NCBI RefSeq assembly: GCF_001194135.2
Contig: NC_068986.1
Span: 26,755,829-26,804,284, forward strand
Direction of reading: 5' to 3'
Source: Octopus bimaculoides
Taxonomy: Eukaryota
DNA: 48,456 nucleotides
Shown here: positions 1 to 11,039 of the stretch, one piece after another
How positions within the stretch are numbered: the first letter of the stretch is position 1
Layout: each line of letters opens with the position of its first letter
Notes under the pieces: generated by a model
Told to the model about the DNA's origin: nothing
What the model saw: only the letters and a program-made list of their open reading frames with translations
Database searches by the model: none
Made by a program: the position numbers and the translations under genes

Positions 1-14
1 CAAGGGGGAGCCAT

Positions 15-409
15 TGTAGTGACGTCATATTGGCGCCAAAAAGCATAGGCACCGCTACTGAATCCTTAACGACGCATGCGTGGGTTTCAACATCGAAGCG
101 TTCCCGCTATTAGACTGTCTCTTACCAAGGCAGACAGCGACCAAGCAAGACGTCTAAGCAAGCTCTCCCTTTTGAGTGTGGTTGAACCAAGTTGTCTCTA
201 TAACGACACCAGCTCGAAGAACCGTACATCTACATTTCAGGCTACTCTAAAACCGGACAATTAGAAGCTGTTTTATTTTCCACCGAACAATAAATATTTG
301 TTGTTGTTGATCAATTTGGAGTTTCTGCGTTCAGTTCTCTTCCAATTTAATGTAGGAAAGTTAGGTGTATATCTAAAGATATATAACCCACTCTCCTAAA
401 CAACTATCA
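15..409 (+). mobile_element. LTR-like segment (candidate 3' LTR)
   Basis: Purine tract aagggggag (2-10) just before TGTAG at 15; CpG-rich; AATAAA near 289; ends ...aactatca at 409. No paired LTR or TSD visible. Confidence 0.4.
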
Positions 410-510
410 AAATTTGAAAATCCAGCTAATGCAACTACGGAAAAAAACAAAAATTTAATGATGATGATAAACAATGAAATAATCAGTTTATTTTTTTTTA
501 AATATGTTAA

Positions 511-741
511 CCCTTTAGAATTCACATTAGTCTGTCATAAGTAATGCTTATTTATTCACATTGTTTCAAATTAAGCATGCATTATCTTGTAACTTTGAGA
601 ATTTGATGAGGCAACAGTTAATTTTTTAGAATGACATTATAGGGTAGAATTGAGAAACCAGATCTGGCCAGTTTGAACATAAAACAGGTAGAATATTTTG
701 GCTGGATTTGGCCGGATATAGCTGGTTTAAATACTGAAGGG
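511..741. mobile_element. piggyBac-like MITE (TTAA TSD)
   Basis: TTAA|ccctt ... aaggg|TTAA; same family as 19839-20056. Confidence 0.75.
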
Positions 742-1149
742 TTAAATAGTTGGCTTAGTAATAATTAGTATAATACACTAAGTAATCAGTATTGTTCAAC
801 AGTAGTGACTGCAATACAGGTATGATCAAGTTTTATCTAACAGTGCATATAATTAAGAATGCTGTATTGATGTATGTATTTGTATGAAAATTATCTATTC
901 AAAAAGGCTTTAGGGATTTGGAAAAGAATCACTGATTCTTTAAAAGTAAATATTGTTAGTTAGCACTATTTCTTTTTTTTTTTTTTATAGACTTAAAAAG
1001 ACCTTAGGCAAACTATACTTTTTAAAATAAGTCATGCAATGTGATTCCATCTTATTAACAAAGTTAAATGTTTTACAATCATTTTTAGATTGTACACCAT
1101 CCATTTTCCCATGCTAACATTTTAAAATATTTTTATGACTAACTCAGAG

Positions 1150-1480
1150 GAGGAAGGGTAGTATCCGTGATACTTTCAGGGCCTCCAAGGCTAGGTAGAG
1201 GAAGTGAAGAAGTTATCCTCAGGACAGAGACCTAGCTTGACTAGACTCCACTAAAGGTACCCAAGTACCAGTTGTGGTGTTAAAATAGGTCTTCTGTCCA
1301 AGAACAACAATAGCCCTTTAAAAGGGCTTCTACATAGTTTCTGTCAACCAAATTTTACTCACATGGTTCTGGTCAATGTGAAACACTGGCAGAAAACAAT
1401 TTGCCCACCCAAGGTGTCACACAATGAGACTGAATCCCAAACCCTATAATTGTGAAGCAAACTTCTTAATCATGCAGGCA
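1150..1480. repeat. Dispersed repeat plus reverse-strand SINE fragment
   Basis: 1170-1310 resembles 43060-43250; 1320-1480 resembles the reverse-strand tRNA-derived SINE at 42735-43021. Confidence 0.5.
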
Positions 1481-1637
1481 TGCCAACATGAGGATAAACT
1501 AAAGAATTAAGATAATTGTATTAAGTATTAAATTAGGTTCCTCCAGAAAAGGACGGACAACTTTTTTTTTATATTTTATAACCAGATATGATGATGATGA
1601 TGATGATGATGTGCAAGAATATGAGAAAAGTACAAAC

Positions 1638-2230
1638 CTGCTCTCTTCAGCAACCTTATTAGATTTGGATGAATCAGGATGGGCAGCATCACGGTGAGAA
1701 TGAGAATCCTTTGTACGTTCCTTCTCCAATGGTGAATGACTCCTCTTGGACTCACTGCCTTTCTCTACACTTTGTCTCTTAGATCGATCAGATTCACGCT
1801 CACGCTGTCTATCTCTGTCTCTGTCTCGACTTGATTGTTCTTTACTCTGCTCTTTTTTCCGATTCCGACGATCTCTGCTGCTGCTTCGACGACTGTCTTT
1901 CTTCCAGTCGTCTGCCTCCCTGTCTCTGTCCTTACTCTCGCTATGAACACGCCAACCATCGTGATCAGTGCTCTCACGATTCCGGCTTGGATTCTCAGAA
2001 TTTTTCTGTCGGTTTGACTCTAGTGTATCTCCCTTCACCCAGCGGGTGGAGTTGCTGATTTCCTTTCCTGTTGAATCCAATTTATCTCCTTTCAACCAAC
2101 GAGCACTGTTAGTGTTCTCTTTAGCAGCTGCAACAGTCTTCACACCATTATCTACCTGGCGGATTCTATCCAGTTCCCGACGCCAATGTGGCGGAGTAAT
2201 GCTACCATCTCTACTCCGAGACCGGAAACG
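1638..2230 (-). CDS. PPIG: PPIG-like coding exon 11 (RFRSRSRDGSITPPHWRRE... RS/RD-rich region)
   Basis: 593 nt; ttcttgtag acceptor; TPPHWR motif; probable donor CAG|gtttgt at 1637, after which the sequence becomes AT-rich and intron-like. The 3' boundary is less certain. Confidence 0.85.
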
Positions 2231-2585
2231 CTACAAGAAATATAACATTAAACCAAAATAAAGATACCGTGATCCAAAAACATGCAATAAAAAATAATGT
2301 ACTTTACTGATTCTAGTAACACAAAATCTACAGTCACTGCATTTTGGCAAACAGTTAATATCAATATAAATTTTTTGTGAGTAATAGTCAATATTTTCAT
2401 CCCTTAATTCATGTGAACTGATTACATGAAGGCCAGTTGTGGTTAAATGATTAACAGGTGAATTTTCTTACCTATCTTTGGAATCTAAATCTAACGCTAT
2501 CATTTGATTTAAGCAAGACAACTTTTCTCACTCCTTAGCTGAAGGTATATTCAGTGAGGGAGTATGTAAATTTGTGAATGAAGAT

Positions 2586-2870
2586 GCTTGGTTTAGTGGT
2601 TGGGGTTTTTGGCTAACAACCATAAGGTCATGAGTTCGATTCCCAGTAGTGAGTTGTGTTCTTGAGTAAGATGCTTTTATTTCACATTGCTCCAGTTCAC
2701 TCAGCTGGCAAAAATGAGTTGTAGTTGTACCTGTAATTCAAAGGGCCCACCATTTCACATTCTGTGCACACTGAATTTCACTGAGAACTACTTTAAGAGT
2801 ACATGTGTGTGTAATGCTCAGTCACTTGCATGTTAATTGCACAAGCAAGCTGTTCCGTTGATTAGATCAA
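2586..2870 (+). mobile_element. tRNA-derived SINE
   Basis: Pol III A-box-like tggtttagtgg (2589-2599) and B-box-like gagttcgattcc (2632-2643), followed by a non-tRNA body. Confidence 0.7.
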
Positions 2871-3049
2871 AAAAGTTCCAAAATATATCTAGTCTATGAT
2901 CATCTTACATGTGTCAAAAGATATGATTTATCAATTATAGAGGATTATCTTCAGGTGATTAAAATTTTGAACTAATTAGAAACAGGTGTTGTGTGAAATC
3001 ACAAAAAAAAAAAAAGAAAAAAAAAAAGAAAAACAAAGGATGAACTTAC

Positions 3050-3161
3050 AAAACTTCCACGACCCTTGATTTTTCGACCAGTGCTAGAATATTTTGTGCC
3101 TCTGCCTTTGTAGTTGGAATCTGGATATTTCCTGTGTGTTTCTCCACGAACTGGAGAATTC
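3050..3161 (-). CDS. PPIG: PPIG-like coding exon 10 (NSPVRGETHRKYPDSNYKGRGTKYSSTGRKIKGRGSF)
   Basis: 112 nt; tttatttcag acceptor, TTT|gtaagt donor; GRKIKGRG motif. Confidence 0.92.
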
Positions 3162-3699
3162 CTGAAATAAAGTACACTCATCATCAACACCACAACCACT
3201 TACACCATCATCATCACATTTATCATCACTCTTCTATCTGCTTTCCATGCTGACATGGGTTGAGCAGGTATTCACGTTCTAAGATCATATTTGGAATTAC
3301 TCCAATCCTAAACAAATCAGAGGACCAACTCTTACTTGAAAACAGGCAAAATTTCATATTTCAAATAGGTATTCTGTCGATGACAATTGCATTATTTCCA
3401 AATAGAAGTTGATCACTTTCTACTTCTAACAGATGTAGAAACACTTAGATAAACAATTTCACCATTTTCAAGATGAGAAAAGAAAGAAATTCTGAAGAGA
3501 TATTACATTGTCCAAGTGTGATAAAATTGGGCAAAATGCCAATACTTCTAAAACGTACTGATGCAATAGAACAAAATAAGAATGAGAATCAGATATAATT
3601 GAAGGTGGTGCCAAAGTGTTAGAACAGTAATTAGCTAACTCAGATGAAGTACTGTAATAATTTACATATCATATATATCAGATGTAATTCTTTTTAATT

Positions 3700-3905
3700 C
3701 TAGAACAAGGCCAGCAATTTTAGATGAAAGAGTTTGTCAATTACTCTCACCCCCAGTACTTGACTGGTACTTTATTTTATTTACCCTGAAAGGATTAAAT
3801 ACAAAGCTGACTTTGGTGGGATTTGAACTCAGAATGTAAAGAACCAGAAGGAATGCCTCTAACCATTTTGTCCTATGTGTTAACAATTCTGCCAGCTCAG
3901 AGCCT
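3700..3905 (-). mobile_element. tRNA-derived SINE (family B)
   Basis: Reverse strand carries gctggcagaattgtt (A-box-like) and gagttcaaatcc (B-box-like); multiple homologous copies in window. Confidence 0.75.
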
Positions 3906-3944
3906 TATGCATATCAAATATAATAAAACACTATAATAATGATT

Positions 3945-4070
3945 TTTTAAATTGGTAAAAAGGCCAGAATTTTGAAAGGGAATTGAATGTGATCATGACT
4001 AATTCATCAAACCAGGAGGGATGAAATGGAAAACTGACCTGGCAGGATTTGATCTCAGAATGTAATGACA
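3945..4070 (-). mobile_element. SINE family B, degenerate copy
   Basis: aaggccagaattttg ... ggatttgatctcagaatg matches the family core. Confidence 0.6.
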
Positions 4071-4114
4071 TCTAACTAACTACGTAAATACAATGATGAT
4101 AACGAAATACTAAC

Positions 4115-4243
4115 CTGGATTTATCTTGCAACTGAGGGTTGCCTCGATAGAGAAATTTGGGTGCTGGAACATCAGGTATCTCTTCAGGCCGCACAGAGGA
4201 AACTTGAGCAGAGTCCTTTTTCGAATCCGATTCAGCATCATTT
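4115..4243 (-). CDS. PPIG: PPIG-like coding exon 9 (NDAESD...SSVRPEEIPDVPAPKFLYRGNPQLQDKS)
   Basis: 129 nt; ttgttcctag acceptor, AG|gttagt donor; PEEIP..P...FL.R motif of the Moca domain. Confidence 0.9.
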
Positions 4244-4377
4244 CTAGGAACAAGAGAAAAATTGTCACTACATTATAATTTACATCTTTATATTCTCTTT
4301 CCCTCCTATCTAGTATTTCAATAGCATATGAGTGACTAACAAAAGGAAAACAAAACATCAACTGAAGATATCAATAT

Positions 4378-4583
4378 TGATTTCAAATTTTGGCACAAGG
4401 TCAGCAATTTTGGGGGAGTTGGGTAAGTCGATTACATCAACTCCAGTGCTCAACTCGTTCTTATTCTATCAATCCTGAAAGGGATGAAAGGCAGAGTCGA
4501 CCTCAGTGGAATTTGCACTCAGAATGTGAAGACAGATGAAATGCCGCTAAGCATTTTTTTGCCCGCCATGCTAGCAATTCTGC
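4378..4583 (-). mobile_element. SINE family B
   Basis: gatttcaaattttggcacaagg ... ggaatttgcactcagaatg ... gctagcaattctgc. Confidence 0.75.
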
Positions 4584-5439
4584 TATGAAGTAAATGTTGA
4601 AAACTTTTGATGTTGATGGATATATTTACAAAAGTTGTTTTATTTCCATTACTTCAAGGAACTTATCTTTTAGGAAAAATAATTCTAGTATGGAGCTGAA
4701 TTACTAAGCACTTATACAGTCATTAGTTTAAAACCAGCTACATCTATTTTTTCATATTCATATGAAGTTCCTTTGAAGAAAAAGAAAAAAAATAGATGTT
4801 GGGTGACAACAGTTGGTTTAACAGTGGATGACAACCCTTCATTCCTGTGTATTTCTTGATTTTGAAGATACAAAGGAATAGAATACATAGAAATAAATGA
4901 ATAAAAATTGCTACAAGTAGTGATTTCACATTAATCATTCTAATATATTTTTTAATGTTAAATTATGCAGACAAAAAATTAAGTTTTTTATTCCATACAA
5001 GAATGGGTTCAATTGCTCTGCAAATTTAGATATTGTTTTATCAGAACTTATACATTAATAAAATTCTTGCATGCAAGAAATTCTATGTAAATAACACGGC
5101 TCTCTGTTCTTATGTATCCCTCGATTTAAAGAGACAGAAATGGTATTATTCAGCTGCTATAGGGAAGGGCTGTAGCACCCATTTCCAGCTGTAGAAAGGT
5201 TGAAAACTGCTAGTAATTATTGTTGGAAAATAACCTAGACTACAACTATCACTCACAACTGAGGATGACTCGGTATCACATACTATGCTCTTATTGATTG
5301 TTTTAGGTGCTCATGTACTGGCAAGGAGGCATAGACACCTTCTCAGCCCTTCTACACTTGATCTAGTAAAACAGACAGAATGTGAGGAGAGAGAATTGCA
5401 TCAGTAAAACACCTACAATGCAAAGAGAAGGTTGATACT

Positions 5440-5545
5440 TTATGAAATCCAAAAACATGAAAGGCAAAGAAAAACCTTGGCAGGATTTGAACTCAGAATG
5501 CAGAGAGCTGGAACAAATACCACAACACTCTGATGCTTTAAAGAC
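5440..5545 (-). mobile_element. SINE family B, head fragment
   Basis: atgaaaggcaaag ... ggatttgaactcagaatg. Confidence 0.6.
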
Positions 5546-5907
5546 TCTGCCAATTGATCAGGTTTGTTCAAAATCAAATGACAAATAAAACTATATTAGG
5601 GTTGTCAAATAAGAGTTCACCTAATTATATATCAAGCAAAAGAACCATTTTTGAACAGAAAAATTTTCTACCTTTCAAAACCTAGAATGCTTATCTGGAT
5701 ATTAAAAACTTCATTTAATGAATCATCTTAGGAAGTTATGGCAATTTTCTTACTATCCCAACAGAAAACTAAGTCTTTAAATACCATTGGAGATAAACAC
5801 CGAGAATTTCAAAACTATTACAAAGATATAAAGACAGACATGAAGAATACGAAAAAAGAAACTATTATTTCTTTTATGAAGGAGAAGGGGGATAAAAAGA
5901 AACTTAC

Positions 5908-6085
5908 TTTGAGTCTTTCTTTTTCTTCTTTTTTTTCTCTTTCTTCTTCTTTGATTTCTTCTTCTTCTTCTTTGATTTCTTCTTTTTCTTTTCAGTATCA
6001 CTTTCTGAAGCTGAAGAGCTAGAGTCTGAAGAGGATCCTGATGAGGAAACTGATTCACTTTCTGACTCGTGTCGTCTCTTCTTAG
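5908..6085 (-). CDS. PPIG: PPIG-like coding exon 8 (Ser-rich then poly-Lys linker)
   Basis: 178 nt; KKRRHESESESVSSSGSSSDSSSSASESDTEKKKKKS...KDS; AA|gtaagt donor; phases match neighbouring exons. Confidence 0.88.
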
Positions 6086-6173
6086 CTAATCACAGAAATA
6101 CAAAGAATATTATATAGAATAGCTGACAAAGGGCTGTACAGAAACAGAAAAATATCTTAGAAACAGTTTATAA

Positions 6174-6452
6174 CAGGGCTTTTAGAACTGTGGTCCGCAA
6201 GGACAAGACAGGGGGTCCTTGGACAGCTAATACTTTTTATGGGCAATTTGATTTTATATATGTTTTTTAATCGAAATCTTTTAATTGACAATAAACCTAT
6301 TTGTTAAATACTGTTAAATAAATAAATGTAAAAATATATGTTATTTTAAGCAAATATTTATGTATAAATTTCCTAAGCGTTTATAAGGGAGTCCCTAAGG
6401 TAAAGCCTGAAATATAAAGGGGTCCGCAAGTCAAAAAGTTTGAAAACCCCTG
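6174..6452. mobile_element. hAT (Charlie-like) MITE
   Basis: Termini caggg...cccctg; exact 8-bp TSD gtttataa at 6166-6173 and 6453-6460. Confidence 0.85.
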
Positions 6453-6616
6453 GTTTATAAGATTCAAAATCAGAAGTTAACTCTGTGTGCCTGAAATGTC
6501 AAAATTCACACTCCACTTACAGCACACAAATTTATTCATTATAAATTCAAAGATAACCTAAAGAATCATTCTACTAAAAAGCAAATCTTAAAAAGAATAG
6601 TAGTATTATACACTAC

Positions 6617-6762
6617 CTTTCGGCTTCATCTGCAACACCAATTCTCCACAGTTAGCCACTCTGACCTGCTCTAAAGGACTGCTTTGACTGTTTGTCTTCT
6701 CATTCTCTATCTGGCAAACAACGTCCGTTCCATTAATCACACGACCAAATACAACATGAACC
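6617..6762 (-). CDS. PPIG: PPIG-like coding exon 7 (VHVVFGRVINGTDVVCQIENEKTNSQSSPLEQVRVANCGELVLQMKPK)
   Basis: 146 nt; strong polypyrimidine acceptor, AAG|gtagtg donor; HVVFG and NCGE end the cyclophilin domain. Confidence 0.94.
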
Positions 6763-7449
6763 CTATAAAACGAGAAGGAGAAAAAGGAAGGTAGAAACTT
6801 CAGCTAAATCATGATTCATTGTCTATGCACAAATCCTATTTTCATTCTTAAATCTTCAACATAAAACCTTATCAAATTTAGTTATCATAAAGGCATTACA
6901 CTACTTTGTAATTTATGATTAAATAAAAAGAAAATCACAGACTTAGAGAATCTATTTTTGATGTCATTTTCCTGTCGCAATATCAAGAGATTTTTACAGG
7001 TCTTTTGCTTCATGTGAACACGGATTGAATGATTTTACAAAATGTGGATATTGGCTTGAATTGTTGGTTGCAGTATCTAAAACATGGATGCATCTTAATA
7101 CTAACCAATCAACCATCAAGTAGAAAAAGCACACATCTTCAATGATAGTCAAAATAAAATATTAATGACTAGGCTTGAGATAAAATGTTATAGTACATTT
7201 AACATTCAGCTACTACTTGCTAATTATCTGAGGAAAGAAAAACTAGAGACAACTGTAATAACCTTTGCAAGAATTATGATGAAAATGTTCTAAATAAACA
7301 GCTGAAGTTGATACAAACGTTTTTGCTTTTGTCCAACTGTAATTCAATATAGCATAAAGAATTAAATTAATAACGTAAAAATGCTCATTTACATGTCAAA
7401 ATATATGTTACAGATTCATTACTTGAATATAACAGGTCAGAAAACTTAC

Positions 7450-7479
7450 CCATCCAAATGTGGTGAATTTCTTGTTGTT
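7450..7479 (-). CDS. PPIG: PPIG-like coding exon 6, 30-nt microexon (TTRNSPHLD-G)
   Basis: tttccag acceptor, GG|gtaagt donor; phase 2 to phase 2; PHLDG motif. Confidence 0.93.
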
Positions 7480-7832
7480 CTGGAAATATGAATAAAAAAA
7501 AAAGAGAAGACAATGAAACTGAGTATTAACACATGTACACACAAACACACACAAATACAAAAACAAATCTTCATAATCCTGAAATGATATATTACCAAAG
7601 TAGTATTCACCAAAAGGTCTAATAGCCTCATCTCTCAGCTTCGATCAAGTCGATGAACTTCTACAAAGCTTAAGTGCAATTCAACTGGGATGCTTCTCCT
7701 GTATCTTGGATACTGACAGTACTTAGTACAAAATTATCCTAGACCACTTCTAAATGAGACTATTCAATTTCAATCACTGTCTCACAAATTTGTGGCAGAT
7801 TTGAGGCCAAAGATAGGCCCTATAGCCTGGTG

Positions 7833-8203
7833 TCATCATCATTTAGTGTCGGCTTTCCATACTGGCATGGGTTAGACGGTTTGACTGAAACTGGTAAATT
7901 GCAGGGCTACATCAAGCTTTAATCTGATTTGGCATGGTTTCTACAGTTGGATGCCCCTCTTAATGCCAACCACTCCAAGAATGTAATGGGTGCTTTGTAC
8001 ATGTCACTAGTACAGGTGCCAGTTATGTAACACTGGCATCAGCCATGACTACAATTTCACTTGGCTTGACGGGTCATCTCAAGCATGGCCTCTATAAGGC
8101 CCAATGTTCGAAGGGTGCTTGTTACATACCACAGGCACAGGCGCCAGTTACATGACACCATCATCGGCCATGACTATGATATCACTTGACTTGACAGGTC
8201 TTG
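7833..8203 (-). mobile_element. 5'-truncated RTE LINE 3' tail
   Basis: (cat)n then ...gctttccatactggcatgggttagacgg...; homologous to 35113-35590, which is contiguous with an RTE ORF. Confidence 0.8.
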
Positions 8204-8399
8204 TGTATATGCTCCATTTAGGATTTTTTACTGATACCTGTCCCTCCCCTGTGCCTCTTCTATTGCTACTTTGACAGCCTCTGCTGCTAAGAACTAGATA
8301 CCTATATACCTCCTCCAATCATCTTGCCTTCCTCGATTACTCATACTGTGTATGAATCCCTATTTAAATTAAGACTCCTCCTGGGCACTTTAGAAGACA

Positions 8400-10260
8400 T
8401 TTAAGATCTATAACCAACCAAGAAACAGATTACACATTGACAAAAGATGATGGGATATAAAGGACAAATATACATAGGAGCAGGAAATCAATTACAGAGG
8501 AAAAATTGAGTAAAATATTCAGTATAAGGTTTGGGCAGTGAGACAATATGGATAATGAGATCAAGTTGTCGTATACCCAATGGAGAAGGATTTCAAAGTC
8601 TTTGTTCATCGAAGCAGCACATGCAGAACCTGAAATGTTTTAGGTTACATGTGACAGCACCTGTGAGTGTGGAAGGCTAAAAAACAATTAATGGTGGTAA
8701 CATATGCATAAGAGTTTGTGTTAAGGAGCTAATTAATGCATGGAAAGAAAATTATGGGAATAATACCTGAACTTTGGGTCCCACCAGGGTTCATAAAATG
8801 TAGATCATACATTCATGGAACAGATGCAAGAGAAAAGAAACAGATGGGATCCATACGTGGGTTACTTCCATAACATATGCTGCAATGGAGCAGTGACAGA
8901 AAACTTTATAGGTAAACCAGAAATGAAAAAAATTTCAGGTAAAGAGATCCATTAGTGCATCCTGCAATGAAGCAATCTGAACTACAACCTTCAATCTAAG
9001 CAATGAAAGACAGATAAAGGCCATAGGCAGACAACTCAGGAGGTCTGCTTGCCACACAATTGAAGGCTTTGCTTATGTCAAAAACAACAACATTGTCTTC
9101 TTGGAAGTTTTCAAGGTTGAGAGACCAGTGGCGTGTGATATGCTAGGAGAGTCTTCAGTAGATGTAGCTCAACAAAAGCTGTAATGGTAGTCACTGAATG
9201 GGAAAGAGATTTTAGGTGTGAAAAAGGTTTATGTTTACAACTATTCCTATCACTTTAGAGATGCTATAAGTGAAGACAATTCATCAGTAGTTGCCATGCC
9301 TTTCTATAAGACAAGGGGCAATTTCCAAGTAACAGAAAGTCTGAATAATTCAGGCAAAAAAAACAAAGAGCCAGCAGAGGAATGCAGGATTTGAGAATAT
9401 TTGAAAATACTGTGTCACAGCTATTGTCTAGGGAGGTGCCTTGTTGCATGTGCGGTGTGGAAGTGGAAGCAAAATGGGCAGCAAATATTGTGGCTTCATC
9501 AGAAGGAGAGCTACTTACAGAGCTATCTTGGTTGAGGAGTAACAGGTAGGAGATTCTGCAAAGTTAGTAGAGATCATCTTGACCAAGGTCCTGAAAGCTC
9601 AGTTGCAATATAGGAAATAGGAAACTTGCAGGCCATGTGATGTGCAAAGACATCTTTTGCTCTCTTGATGGCTATCTTGCAGATTTCACGCTGATGGATG
9701 AACTCATTCCAGGTGGAAACGGTGGGTTACTTCCTTCAAGTGTTGTAGGCAGTGTTCTTCCTCTGTATCGCTGCAAGTGAACTACTGCAGGGTTTTGGTA
9801 TTGTGGGCTTTGGGCGTGTGAAGAATATGGAGGGGCATATCTAAGCAAGTGATATCAGCTGTCATATGAGTCAGAAGCAATGCACACATACTACCAAAGT
9901 TTAGAACTGAGAGTGGGCTGCTTTGATTAGGTAATAATTAGATTTTAATGTGGACTAAGATTGTATTGGCTGGACAAAAGTTAGTTTGAGAGGTGAGAAA
10001 GAATGACAAATATGTACACTGTTCAGAGATAGAGATATAAGTAAATGATAAAACTAATTGGTGTGGACAATAAAAATGGTTAACAATTTGGCCTCTACAC
10101 CAATGGTGATTGTGTGGTTGGAATGTGAGAGCGAAGAGGAATTAAATATATTTGGATCACTGAAGCTGATAACTTCAGAGAAAAGTAACACGAGATGAGA
10201 TAGTTGCTAGATGACAGATACTGCAACATCTACTTGTGAGTGTTTGGAGGGAGTTACAGA
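8400..10260 (-). mobile_element. Heavily decayed CR1/L2/Jockey-group LINE fragment
   Basis: Reverse strand gives frameshifted RT-region traces such as FDISKAFNCV and ATIFAAHFAS; boundaries approximate. Confidence 0.55.
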
Positions 10261-10471
10261 GAAGTAGAGGCAGTAGATGTACTTAGAAGAACAGAAAAAA
10301 AACAAAACACATGGAGAAAATGTAACTGTAAGTCTTTACTGTTATCTAGTTATCACTACAGGTGAATTCAAACCTACACAACCAGATTCAGAAAAGTTTT
10401 TCCTAGAGCAGCTTAATAGATAAATATGAGCCTTCTACTCTAATTGAAACTATATGTGTGTGTGTGTGTAT

Positions 10472-10474
10472 GTG

Positions 10475-10517
<43 letters not shown>
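10472..10517. repeat. (TG)n/(TA)n microsatellite
   Basis: Direct reading of the dinucleotide runs; a (TG)n run lies just upstream from about 10455. Confidence 0.9.
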
Positions 10518-10520
<3 letters not shown>

Positions 10521-11039
10521 GAGACAAGTTTATATTTGGAACTGTGATCATTGTATGATATATCTATTGTACTATATGTAATTATTGTTGTAACTGCTTT
10601 TGCTATATTTGCTCTTTTATATTTCCGTTATAATTAGATAAGCTCAGTTAATGTTTTTCGACCTAGTGTATCATGTATGTGGAACTCTACTGTATATTTA
10701 AATAGAATTATTTTTTACTGCTTCACATACATTTTTCTATGCTTGCATGGATGATAGGAGAGTTTATTTGTTGGAGTTAATGTTAGCACCCTTAAATGCT
10801 CAATTTACTGTGAACCTTTTACCATGAGGTAGGAGAGGTGTGCAATTTTTTATCTTATCAGGCAAACTGGAGCAAACAGCATTAGTTACCTTGATCAGAG
10901 GGACAACACAATCATAAGAGTTGAACTCATGATCATGCATTCAGTAGTCTAGCAGTTAAACATCAGCAACTGTCCCTCTAAAAAACTCCAACTAAGATAC
11001 TACCAAATACAACATATAAATCAAAACATTTCAAATAAT

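Noticed and set aside
1746-2261. Plus-strand and alternative-frame ORFs (1746-1946, 1831-2058, 1835-2017, 1968-2261, 1765-1977)
   Set aside because: Shadow frames of the low-complexity RS-rich PPIG exon.
2586-2650. tRNA gene (A/B boxes here and in other SINE heads)
   Set aside because: No cloverleaf; the boxes run into repeated SINE bodies.
4110-4361. ORF 4110-4361 (also 5777-6058 and the ATG of 14463-14756)
   Set aside because: They overlap real exons but use the wrong frame or an intronic ATG; splice phases define the correct reading.
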